Source of the DNA: Epiperipatus broadwayi
Taxonomy: Eukaryota; Animalia; Onychophora
Direction: 5' to 3'
NCBI GenBank assembly: GCA_028023455.1
Contig: JAQFVV010000002.1
Location: 11,098,001-11,162,000 of the forward strand
DNA length: 64,000 nucleotides
The notes below the pieces were generated by a model. That model was not told where the DNA came from, did not search any database, and was given only the letters and a program-made list of their open reading frames with translations. This document shows, piece by piece, positions 36,166 to 47,600 of this stretch (positions are counted from its first letter, which is position 1; each line of letters starts with the position of its first letter). The translations under genes were made by a program, and so were the position numbers.

Positions 36166-38410
36166 CTGAATAATAAATTCATTAAGTTGTTAAAACTTCT
36201 TTGTGCTTATTTTCAAAAGTATAATTAATTAATTAATGAGCATATGGCTGCTTAGATTAATGTCTGGGCCTTACATATCATGTGTAATTGGGATATGTTA
36301 ACTTAGAAAATGAAGTGTATTTTATTTTTAAAAATGCAGACCCATAAATTTACTTATTAATAATATTCTTATATATATATAATATTCAAATGGCTTTATT
36401 TTTTGAATGTTCATGAAAAGTTTGAATGCTGGAATTGCCAACACTAGAATTGATCCCAGGACCCCATGTTTCTGAGTCTGACATTGCCAAACTACATAGT
36501 GCTTATGTAACTGGTTAATTCCATTGGTTCGTGTCATGCTACATATTCTATAGCATTCAGCTTTGAATGCCAGACTTAGCAACTAAAGGTTTCTGGTTTA
36601 ATTTTCAAATTAAATCGATTGTAAATATCCCAATCTGATCATCCAACATTACAACTGTGTACTCATGCACATTAGTGCTAAACATCATTTGACCTTCTGA
36701 GCAACTTAATCAAATTTAAATGAATATTGATGATATTCGTTACAAATCTTGAGTTATAAAAAGTGAATATATATTTTTAGAAGAAAAAAAATGTTGATAG
36801 ATGATTTTTTTTAAAAAAAGTTCCCAAACATAATAATTCAAAAATTCTTTTATATATAAATATAAAAAAAAATCTATTACTTATTGGTTTATTACCCAAA
36901 TGATTTTTCCAATTCCATTTTAAAAAGCATTTTTACGGGGGAAAAAAGAAGAAAAAAAAATCAAACAAAAATAAAAATAACGAATAATAATAAATATAGA
37001 AGCTTTCTAATATTTGTAGATATTAAAGCTAAAAATAGAGATCGCACAAGACAAGAAATTATCTGATGTATATATACGTACATTGGGGGGGGGGGGGAGA
37101 AATTATAATGTTTAACATCTGCGTGACTTTAATTTTAGTTATTAAATGTTATTTATCTTTTCAACATGTGTATGATCGGGTAGGTCAGCAATATGAGATG
37201 GCATGGAGAGCTGAGGGTCATGTGAAAGTCTGAATTCGAATCCTTTATATATTACATTATATATGTGCAGGTGTCTGTAAGCCTGTACAGTATATTAATT
37301 TAAATGTAGTAAAATAAATTATAACTGAAGTAATTAAATGAAATCAACTCAATCATTTAAAAAAAAAAAATACAAATAAAAATTATTTAGAATTATTTCT
37401 ATTAAATAAATATAAATTATAAGACCTTGCATCTATACGTGTATGATATTATTTATATACACAGAGAGAGAGGCATCACACATACTTATTCCATGCAGTT
37501 ATTTGAGTTTACAAATTGGCATATGTCTGTGTAATAAAGGGTAGAGTTGTGAGAATATATTTCTATGTAAGTCTATTTCTGAATTTGTAAAATGTATTAC
37601 AGTCTGCTAAAGCAATTAATAATTATATTAGGGCCTTATTTCATATATATCTATTACTATTATTATTGTATTGGAGTGGAAAGATCACTATATTTTGGCA
37701 AGCTACTCAAATTAATTTGTATGAAAATATACAGAGCTGCCAATAGATTTGTTAGTAAATGATGATTTGGTTTATGCCAGAGATTGAGGATTGTATTATA
37801 CAGATAATATTGGACAAAAATTCTTGTGTTACATATAGAAGATATGTTGTTGTTATATTTTTATATAATCCAAAAATTTTAATAGAAAATATATGTAAAT
37901 GTTTGAATGAGAATTGAAATTTACAGTACAGTAGATAATTAAACATAAACGTGAGCACTGTATAAGATATTCAAGGTGTATGTGCTCCCAGAAATTATCA
38001 TCAATTTGATTACAAAATGTTTATAAAGTCTTTGATTGTAAGGGTATTTGTATACTCTTTATTATTCACTTCTTTAAATGATAAGCTTTCAGAATATAAA
38101 TGCTTTTTATATTATAATTTTTATTTATATAAATTTCAAGCAGACAGGAATCAGAATGTTGAGAATTATATTAAAGGTTTAATAAATGTGGGATACAATG
38201 AGAAGTTATTGAAGAGATGTTTAAAATTATTATATAAAAATAATCAAATAAATCTTGTTAATATTAAAATTAATAAGAAATGTTTCTAAATTGTATTCAG
38301 TACTGAAAAAGATTCTTTCAAAAACTTTTAACATTCAATTTAGGTTTCATCTATCTGTAAATAGAGTGATAAATAAGACTAAAGATATAATAGATCATAT
38401 TCTATTCTTT

Positions 38411-38577
38411 GGCTGCAGAAAGGAGTTTGCTATTAACTGAAAGGAGACCCTTTGATTCCTCTTGGAGGCCTTAAAGGAACCGAGCAGGGCAAATTCCTAA
38501 TGTCCACTCCATACGTTCTTGTCGTTGCAGCTGTTATTACTATATGTTTATTCATATAGTATACGAACATGGATGGG
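38411..38577 (+). ncRNA. HDV-like (CPEB3-type) self-cleaving ribozyme in the RTE 5' UTR
   Basis: P1 GGCTGCA(38411-17):TGCAGCT(38526-32) with G.U at position 1; P2 TCCAT(38508-12):ATGGA(38569-73); P3 ACG:CGT around L3 TTCTTGT(38516-22); P1.1 GT(38533-34); P4 TACTATATG:CATATAGTA; J4/2 CGAA(38564-67); J1/2 insert with an 11-bp helix (38421-31:38488-98). Confidence 0.88.
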
Positions 38578-38702
38578 CTGCTCACCAACACGCATTAGCC
38601 AGCGTGGTGAGTTTATTGGCTTTTTACCTCTGAGTTTAAGATCAAGAAACACAATGGTCTTTCTTCTCAGTGCCTGATAAGGCAGAATGAATGTTTGTGT
38701 AA

Positions 38703-41689
38703 ATGATAAAGATTTTTCCCAATTATACAATTATGACAGACAAAAATAAAGCATGGCCCTTAATCCCAGGAGGCTGTAAAGTCACCAACCAAGGCAGCGG
38801 TTGGTGGCCGAAGGCGGAGGGTGCTAAGAATATCCTGGAGGCGGACCCAGGCTGCCATTTGATGATGACTTTTTATTTAGGTACTTACAACTGCAGATCA
38901 CTTTCAAGTGAAGGAAGATTGCAAGAATTAGAAGAAGAACTCTCTTATATTAAATGGGATATTATTGGACTTTGTGAAGTTAGAAGAAAAGGTGAAGAGA
39001 CAATTGATTTAAAAAGTGGACATATGCTCTATTATAAAGGCACAAATATTGGAAATACAAGTGGAGTAGGATTCATTATAAATAAAAAGTGGAAGAACAA
39101 TATTGTGGAGATTGATGGTGTATCAGACAGAGTGGCAAGATTAGTTATACAACTTAATAGCAGATATCAAATGCAGATAATTCAAGTTTATGCCCCAACA
39201 AGTTCTCACAGTGATGAAGTAGTAGAAGATTTTTATATGGATGTACAAAAGGCTTTTGATCAGAGTAAACAACATTTTAAAATTGTTATGGGAGATTTTA
39301 ATGCTAGAATTGGTAAACAAATGAAAGATGAAAGTGTTGTAGGTAATTTTGGTTATGGTAATAGAAATGAGAGAGGACATAGACTTGTGGAGTTTGCAGA
39401 GAAGGAAAAACTTTATATTATGAATTCTTTTTTTGAGAAAAATGTTAGAAGGAAATGGACATGGAAGCATCCAAATGAAGGTACAGCAGAATTGGATTAT
39501 ATTTTGACTAACAGGAAATACATATTTCAAGATTGTAATGTTCTTAATAAATTTAACACAGGAAGTGATCATCGATTAGTAAGGGGTAAGATACATGTTA
39601 ATGTAAAACTAGAGAGGCAAAAATTATTAAGAAAAACTATATTTACAGTTGATATTCCTAATCTTCAGAAACATTCTAATGAATTTAAATTAGAACTTAC
39701 AAATCGGTTTCAAGTATTAGAAGATTTTGAACATGATTCAGATTTGAATGAAATTAATATGAAAATAACTGATACACTTTTAAAAACTGCAACAAAGATA
39801 GCTGGTAGAAAAAAGCAGCAATTGACTAATAAAATTTCTACTGAGACTAGAGAACTTATGAAGAAAAGAAGGAATATGAAGATATGCAAGAATGATGCAT
39901 TAAAAAGAATTGAATATCTCGAATTTTGTAAAATGGTGCGGAAAAGAGTTGAAAATGATATAAGAAAGTATAACTGTGAACTAGCAAGAAAAGCTGTAGA
40001 AGAAAATAAAAGTCTTAAGAATGTAAAACAACATTTTGGTATTGGTAGGAAATTTATATCTGCAATAAGAAAAAAGATGGAGTTATTACTAAAAAGAGGG
40101 ATGACATTATGAAATTGGTAGAAGATTTTTATCAAGAATTATATAGTAATAAAGAACAAGTACCTCCTATATCTATTACATCTTCCGAATTGCCCAGAAT
40201 TTTAAATGAAGAAGTGAGAAATGCAATTAAATGTATGAAAAAAGGAAAGGCTCCAGGTAATGATGGAATTATAATTGATATATTAAAAGAAGCAGGTGAA
40301 GAAACAGAAAAAATATTAGCAAAGTTATATACCAAATGTCTAAATGATAAAGATGTACCGGATGATTGGAAGAATGCAGTAATAATATTAATATTTAAAA
40401 AAGGTGATAAAGAAGATATTAGAAATTACAGACCTATCAGCCTTTTATCAGTTTTATATAAAATTTTTACCAAGATAATTACAACTCGTCTACAGAGAAC
40501 CTTGGATTTTCACCAACCAAGAGAACAAGCTGGATTTAAAAGTGGTTTTAGTACAGTAGATAATATTCAAGTATTGAGAGAAGTTATAGAAAGGACAAAT
40601 GAATATGAGTTGTCATTATGTTTTGGATGTGTAGATTATGAAAAGGCATTTGATTCTATAAACATTTCTTCAGTGATTAAAGCATTGGATCATCAAGGTA
40701 TAGATCCAGGATATTGTCATATTTTAAAGAATATTTATAAAAATGCAACAGCAACAATTAGATTACATAATGATACTGGGAAAGTCAACATTGAGAAAGG
40801 TGTAAGACAAGGTGACTCCATATCTCCAAAACTTTTTACAGCAGTGCTGCAAGAAGTATTTTGTGGATTAAAATGGGAAACTAAAGGAGTGAAAGTAAAT
40901 GGAGATTATTTAAGTCATTTAGATTTCGCAGATGATGTAGTTGTTTTTGCAAATAATGCTTCCGAGCTGCAGGAAATGTTGCAGGAGTTATCAGATGAAA
41001 GTAGGAAAGTAGGACTAAAGATAAATGTTAAAAAGACTAAAGTAATGTTTAATCGATTTGCTCAAAATATGAAAATAAAGATTGATTATGATGAATTAGA
41101 AGAAGTTAAGAGTTACAAATACCTTGGTCAGATTATTAATACAGATGGAAACATAATAGAGGAAATTAATCATAAAATTAAACTTGGTTGGAGTGCTTTT
41201 GGTAGAAATAACTTGATATTAAAAGGAAATATGCCTATGTGTTTGAAAAGAAAGGTTTTTAACAAATGTGTTTTACCAGTTCTTACTTATGGATCTGAGA
41301 CTTGGACACTTAATAGAAGATCAATACAGAGACTTCAGACCACTCAAAGAAGTGTGGAGAGATGTATGTTGGGAGTAACAAGAAGAGATCGAAAACGCAA
41401 TGTATGGGTAAGAGAACAAACAGGTGTTACTGACCTCATTGAAAAAATTAAAAGATTGAAGTGGAGTTGGGCTGGACATATTGCTAGAAGAGATGATAAT
41501 AGATGGACAATTGAAATTTTGAACTGGATTCCAAGAGATTGTAAAAGACCCAGAAGGAGACCACATGTAAGATGGATGGATGAAATAAGAAAATGTGTAG
41601 GGGTGATGTGGAGAAGAGAAGCTAAAGATCGGAGAAGATGGATTAAACTTGGAGAGACCTTCATCCTGCAGTGGATTGATAATGGTTGA
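38703..41689 (+). pseudogene. RTE ORF (APE + RT) split by a single 1-nt frameshift
   Basis: ORFs 38703-40112 and 40109-41689; the A-run at 40070-40075 has 6 A versus 7 A in copy 1 (22084-22090); all APE/RT motifs present including N-terminal TYNCRSL. Confidence 0.92.
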
Positions 41690-42489
41690 TAATGATGATG
41701 ATGATGATGATGATTCTATTCTTTGTGAGAACTCGATTGTTCAGCTATTTATTATGGCGAAACTAAGACTAGTTTGTCTATACATCTGAGGCAGTTTATT
41801 TGTTTATATAAAAATATAAATCTAATTCTCAAATAAATTTTCTGTTTCTTTTATCTTAAGAAAAATTCTAAACATGATTGTTTTCCCCAAAATTTAGCAC
41901 TTTATGTAGTGAATCAAATGATAGAAAAAGAAACATTAAAGAGGTTTGGTGCATTGCTAATTCTAATAATGCTTTGCATCAAAGATTTAGTCATATACAA
42001 CTGAACATGTTCTGGAATTTTGGCAATTACAAAAAAAAAATTAAAATTGATTGACATTAGTCTGATGTACTGTAGTGAATACTCATTGGGCTACTAATGT
42101 TTTGTAAAAAAAATTACTTTGTTTAATACATTAATGTATGCATGTATTTTGTATGTATCTACTAAAATCTAAATTAAAAAAAGATACTTGTATATATATC
42201 ATATTTAATATATGAAAATAAAAAATATTAATTAAAACAAATAATTTTTTAATTAAAAAAACAATGATATTACATCAGTTATAAATCTATTATTTGAATT
42301 GTTATTTATTAATTATAACTATGAATCCTTTTCGATGCAATAATAAAAGTAATAATAAACTCCCTCTCAAAAATTTGTATGGACATTCCAACTCCAAAAA
42401 TAAAAAAAGAAAGGAGAAAGAGAAAACTACTCTAAAAATGAGTTTTGCAGTGACTATACAAACCAAAAAATACATCCACATATAGGACA

Positions 42490-42768
42490 AACAGGTGTTA
42501 CTGACCTCATTGTAAAAATTAAAAGATATAAGTGGAGTTGGGTTGGACGTATTGCTAGAAGAGGTGATAATAGATGGACAATTGAAATTTTAAACTGGAT
42601 TCCAAGAGATTGTAAAAGACCCAGAAAGAGATCACATGTGAGATGGATGGGTGAAATAAGAAAGTGTGCAGGGGTGATATGGAGAAGAGGAGCTAAAAAT
42701 CAGAGAAGATGGATTGAACTTGGAGAGACCCTCATCCTGCAGTGTATTGATAATGATTGATGATGATG
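42490..42768 (+). mobile_element. 5'-truncated RTE copy 3 (3' ~280 bp)
   Basis: Matches the 3' end of copies 1 and 2; GAT tail; TSD ATAGGACA at 42482-42489 and 42769-42776. Confidence 0.92.
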
Positions 42769-42869
42769 ATAGGACATGTGAATCCAATTTTCTGTTTACT
42801 TGATATTTTATGATGTTGTCTTTTAGTTTCCTCAGCCGAAAATTTTTCTTTCTGCAATAATTCACTACT

Positions 42870-44400
42870 ATGTCTAATTGTAGGTCTCTAATATATTCTG
42901 TTTGCTTCCATATTTTCCCACTGGAAATAATTGATATTCCACTTCTTTAAAATGTCTTTGAGATAATTCTTATAACATAGACAGAGTTCATCTCTTCTAC
43001 AAAATAAATTTTCATGTTGACCATAAAATTCTCTTTTAGGAAGTCACCCATTGTTGTTTTACATGTTCAATCCAACAGGTATGAATTTACAATAGTTAAA
43101 TCAATGGTATCATATCTTGTAAGCTGAAGAACATATTGATTGGTTTTATAATCTTGCCATTGTATTTTTACAGTTTTATGAGGCATTATTAAATGAAAGT
43201 TTTTTAATGTCTTTATCTTACACTAATAGAGTGTCCAAGTTTCATATCCATACAATAAATTAGGTAAAATAATTTTAGATAGAGCTAACTTAGTTGCAGT
43301 AGCTATTTTCCTATGATGAAATACTCTATCTTTTAACTTGTTAAAATCAGCAGCAGCACATTGGAGCCTATTTGGATCTAAACATCTAAGTTTACCTGTC
43401 TATAAAAACTACCAAAGTATTTAAACTGTTTTACATTCTCAAAGTTGTTAATTGTCCAAGCTGAAAGTTGCAGATGGTTTTTCTTCTGTTACTGACTGGG
43501 AGGTTTTTTTTTTTGAACATTAATTAATAAACCAAGTATTTTATAAGTTGAAACCAAAATATTAACAACATTCTATAAATCATTTTTTGAACTGGCAAAA
43601 ATAGAACACTCTTAATTTCAGAATCCAAAAAGATGAAGTTCATGTTTTTGCTTTTAACTTATTCAAATTAAAAATTTTATCATCAAACCTGTATCATATT
43701 TTGATCCCTACCTAATTAACCCTACCTATAAAAAATTCCAAACACCCCTAACTTAAAAATTGGAAACAATGTTGGAGCAAAATATGCATCTTTGTTTAAC
43801 ACCAGTTTTCATTTCAAATATTTCAGATTTTCTACCTGTACTAATAATACTTTCTCTCATTCCATCATGTAAAACTTTTATAATACAAATTAATCTCGGT
43901 GGACAATCAACTAATTTCAAACAATTTTATAGACATATTTTATTAATGAAATCAAATGCCCTGATCAATATATAAACCATTTCTTTGTTCCTGAAACTTT
44001 TCTTACATCTGCCTGGCAACAAGAATCATATTATAGTGCTCCTTAATTCCCTAAAACCACATTAAGTTCCCTGGTCTCCATTCATCTAAAAGTGGAAACA
44101 GTCTATTCAACAAAATTTTTAAAAGTACTTTTTCATGATAATTACTGCAATCTTGTCTATGTCCTTTGTTTTTAAAAATTTGAACAATAAAAGCATCCTT
44201 AAGGTCAAGTGATCCAGAAATTACTAAAACATTACAATATCTTTGAAGATAACATATCACCACCATATTTTGAAGCCTACATGTTTTCATCAGGACCTGC
44301 AGCTTTTCCATTTCTGAGATTACAAAGAGCTATTTAGACATATCTTTTTTTAAATCTAAATGAATAGATAAAATGGATATATCTTAAAAGTTATCAAATC
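42870..44400 (-). mobile_element. Old BovB-like RTE remnant (different family)
   Basis: Minus-strand fragments 'LDLKDAFIVQIFKNKGHRQDCSNY...KILLNRL' (44051-44311), 'ENVKQFKYFGS', 'LLYGYETWTLY...WQD' (~43140-43440) and 'LKDILKKWNI...WE' (~42900-42980). Confidence 0.8.
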
Positions 44401-44628
44401 AATTCTTCTATCATTATTCAAAATATGATCAAAATATCCTTTCCATCTGTTAAAAATATTATCATCATATAAAAAAAATATCATTGCTCGATTTAATAGG
44501 ATTGTGATATAATCTCTCAGGTCCATATATTGTTTTCAATGCACCAAAAAAGGTCTAGGATGGCAATGATCATCATATGTCTATATTGTTTGCTGTTTAG
44601 TCCATCAATCATTTTTAAGTCTTTTTAT

Positions 44629-44690
44629 TAAAACAGGAAAAACTCTCTATACAGTAGTAGAAATAGTGATCATATGATGTTTAGTGGTTT
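44629..44690. repeat. Small rearranged fragment of family F2
   Basis: AAAACAGGAAAAACTCTCTATACAGTAGT matches 28855-28883; the adjacent AAATAGTGATCATATGATGTTTAGTGGTTT matches the reverse complement of ~28803-28833. Confidence 0.6.
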
Positions 44691-47600
44691 TAGGTCTCCT
44701 AGCTAGCCATTAAACTTTCGCCAAGTAGGGAATGCCACTTGCTTTTTTTTTTAAGTAAATCACTAATAAAATCGTCGTCAGAAAAACAGTCATGATTTTT
44801 CTTTTTAATGAACCCAAGAATAGATTTATTTATATCCATAAGACATTCCCTAAAAGAATTTCATGCTTCAGAAATATGACAGTTTTGAGCATCTAAATTA
44901 GCAATTTTAGTATGAACATTAACTTTCTTGTGAATATGATTGGAATAATATTTATTTTTAATGCAACTATTTTAATCTTAGAATATATTAATCTACGGCC
45001 TGTTCGGCATTCTGAGCTTGTATGTGCTCATGTAATGTAAACTTGTTTTTGTATTCTGACTCCTAAAAATAATGTAATTTATTAAATATTATTTTTGAGT
45101 GTGGATGCATCCATGTATTTTTATAGCAGATGGTCTGCCTAAAATAAGTGTTTGTGATAATCAATTTGTGCATAAATTGAATAATAACAAACCATTTGAA
45201 TTTACTGCCCAGTACCATTATTTTCAATAATATTAGATTACACTGAAAAGGATTTTTGATTTATTTTCAGAGTAATATAATATTAATAAGTAGAATGTAT
45301 ATTTATATAATACCGGAAAATAAAAATTATGAAATATGATAATATTAATATGAATGATAGGAAGATGACACAACCAACTTGCACTTAATGGGCATTTCTG
45401 TTACACATGTATAGTGTTCAATTTTATTAAGAATAGTAGGCAAATTGTTTAATAACAATGGTTCTTGTTCTCATTAAATAAACAAAGATTTTGAAGGCAA
45501 ATTTGGAAATATTTTATTGTTAATTGGCATTTAAAATAAATTAATCAATGTAAAAAATATGTTATGGGAATACATTAAATTAACTGGGTAAATAATAATA
45601 AACCTTCATACATAACCAACATGGCTATTTTTAGTAATAATCAATTCGTTTGCCTTGTGCAGCTTAACCCTCAACTGCTGCATGTCTTTATCTTATACCA
45701 GTACATAAATTTGTCAGCTGTTAATTTAAAAAGTATATATAATGGAATTAAAGTCACTTTTCTACCTTCTTAATATTGTTGGATGAAGAGAATCATTTGT
45801 AAGCAATATTTTGTATAGATTAGTTGTCAGTATATTCATTATGTGAAATATATAATACTAGCACATGAGTAGTTTTGTAACTAACTTAAACTTACTCTGA
45901 ATTTTAATCATAAGATAAATGTTTTTTTTTTCATAAAATATTTGCATTTTAATGTGTTTGATGAAGGTCCGTAGCCTTTTAAAAATATAAGTAGAATAAA
46001 TATATATATATCATTCATCAACATTACAAAAAAAATTAAAACAATTGATTGTTTAGAGTTTTTAAAAGAACTGTCCCAATATTTAGCTACACCTCACTGG
46101 CAAAAAAAATATAAATTATGTAATTCTAGTGATGTAAAAGTTTGTCTAACAGAATCACTTTAGCATTATTTGGCATTGATGAGGAACAGGAAGAACAAAG
46201 ACAACCATTGAATGTATGTTTAGTGACATAAAAACATGCTATAACTATTCTAGAACAATTAAAAAAAACTTTTTATACATGCTAGAAATATCATAAACCA
46301 ATTCATCTAGGAGATATGTAGAAATGGTGGCAAAATTATATAACCAATTTTCAACAATAATAGATTCATTTTTAAAATAATATAATAAATTTGCATTTTA
46401 GAATTTCTTTTATGAAACATGGAAATGTTAAATCATTTTTATTAATAAAATTATATGTAACTTTCACATGGCTATTTTATTGAATGGTTCATATTTAATT
46501 TCTTGGTTGTCTGTCATAATGACATGTAGACCAATAATTTTTATAGATTGTAGTGGCTAAGGATTAATACAGCAATAGAGTGATAGACTGAAGAACTAAG
46601 GATTCCTGGATAAAAGCTCAAAATGTCCTTTTTGGGGTGCAAATATTACATAATCTTTTGAGTTACTATTTGATTTACTTTGTTATCAATATAGATATTA
46701 AGATCATGCCCACTTATTTAAATTATTCATGAATAATGTACATTTAAACATTTTATTAATGTTTTCATTAAGGAAAATAAGCTAAAGATAGTAGTATAAT
46801 TATGAAGACATAAAAGAAAATTTCTAGATTGAAGAGCTATGAAAGAAATAAGTATTCATGATTGGTGGAACACAAATGCAATTGTAAAAATATGAAAACT
46901 TAGCTGGCAAATGTGTAGCTAATATTTGTGATTATAAAGCAGAATACCAGAACAGTTTTAATATACTAGAAAGTATTCTTTGTACTATTTTCAACCTGAA
47001 GTTTATCTTTCAAGCATATTCTGCAACTTAGATTGATGGCTTGAAATTTACAATCATCATAAGCTTTCAAAATCAAAATCAACTTCTTTGGCTAGTTGTA
47101 TAATTTTGATATCAAGCCAGTAACTATGTGTTTAATGACTTCAGTTATAAAATTATTGCAAATATGTTTGCATTTTTGATAAAAATATGTCATGTTCTAA
47201 AATGAAGTACAGTATGATCTCTTTAGTTTACATTTAATCTGCATTGAAAGATAGTAATTTCTTTCTCATTACTTTAGAGATATTTCTGAAAATGTACATA
47301 ATCAGTAGATATTACATAGAGGCTCAAAATAGATTCCTGAACCAGTTTCACTTCATTGATTTTTTTACAGTGATGAGTATTACTTTTTACTATAGAGATC
47401 CAACATCCATCTTTTATTTATATTGATCTTGAAATTACTTACTGTGAATCACTTGTATAGATCTATGTAATTGCCATTTTTACTGGTTTTTTTGTTAATT
47501 ATTAAAGACTGTAGAGAAATATAGTTTAATAATTTAAAATGAAGAGTGCCAATTTTAGATCATTTTATCAATTAAAGAAGTATTTAATCATTTCAATATT

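Larger units (their letters stand above)
38411..41712 (+). mobile_element. Full-length RTE-clade non-LTR retrotransposon, copy 2
   Basis: TSD ATTCTATTCTTT(G) at 38399-38410(11) and 41713-41724(25); (GAT)n tail to 41712; complete 5' UTR and ORF start. Confidence 0.96.
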
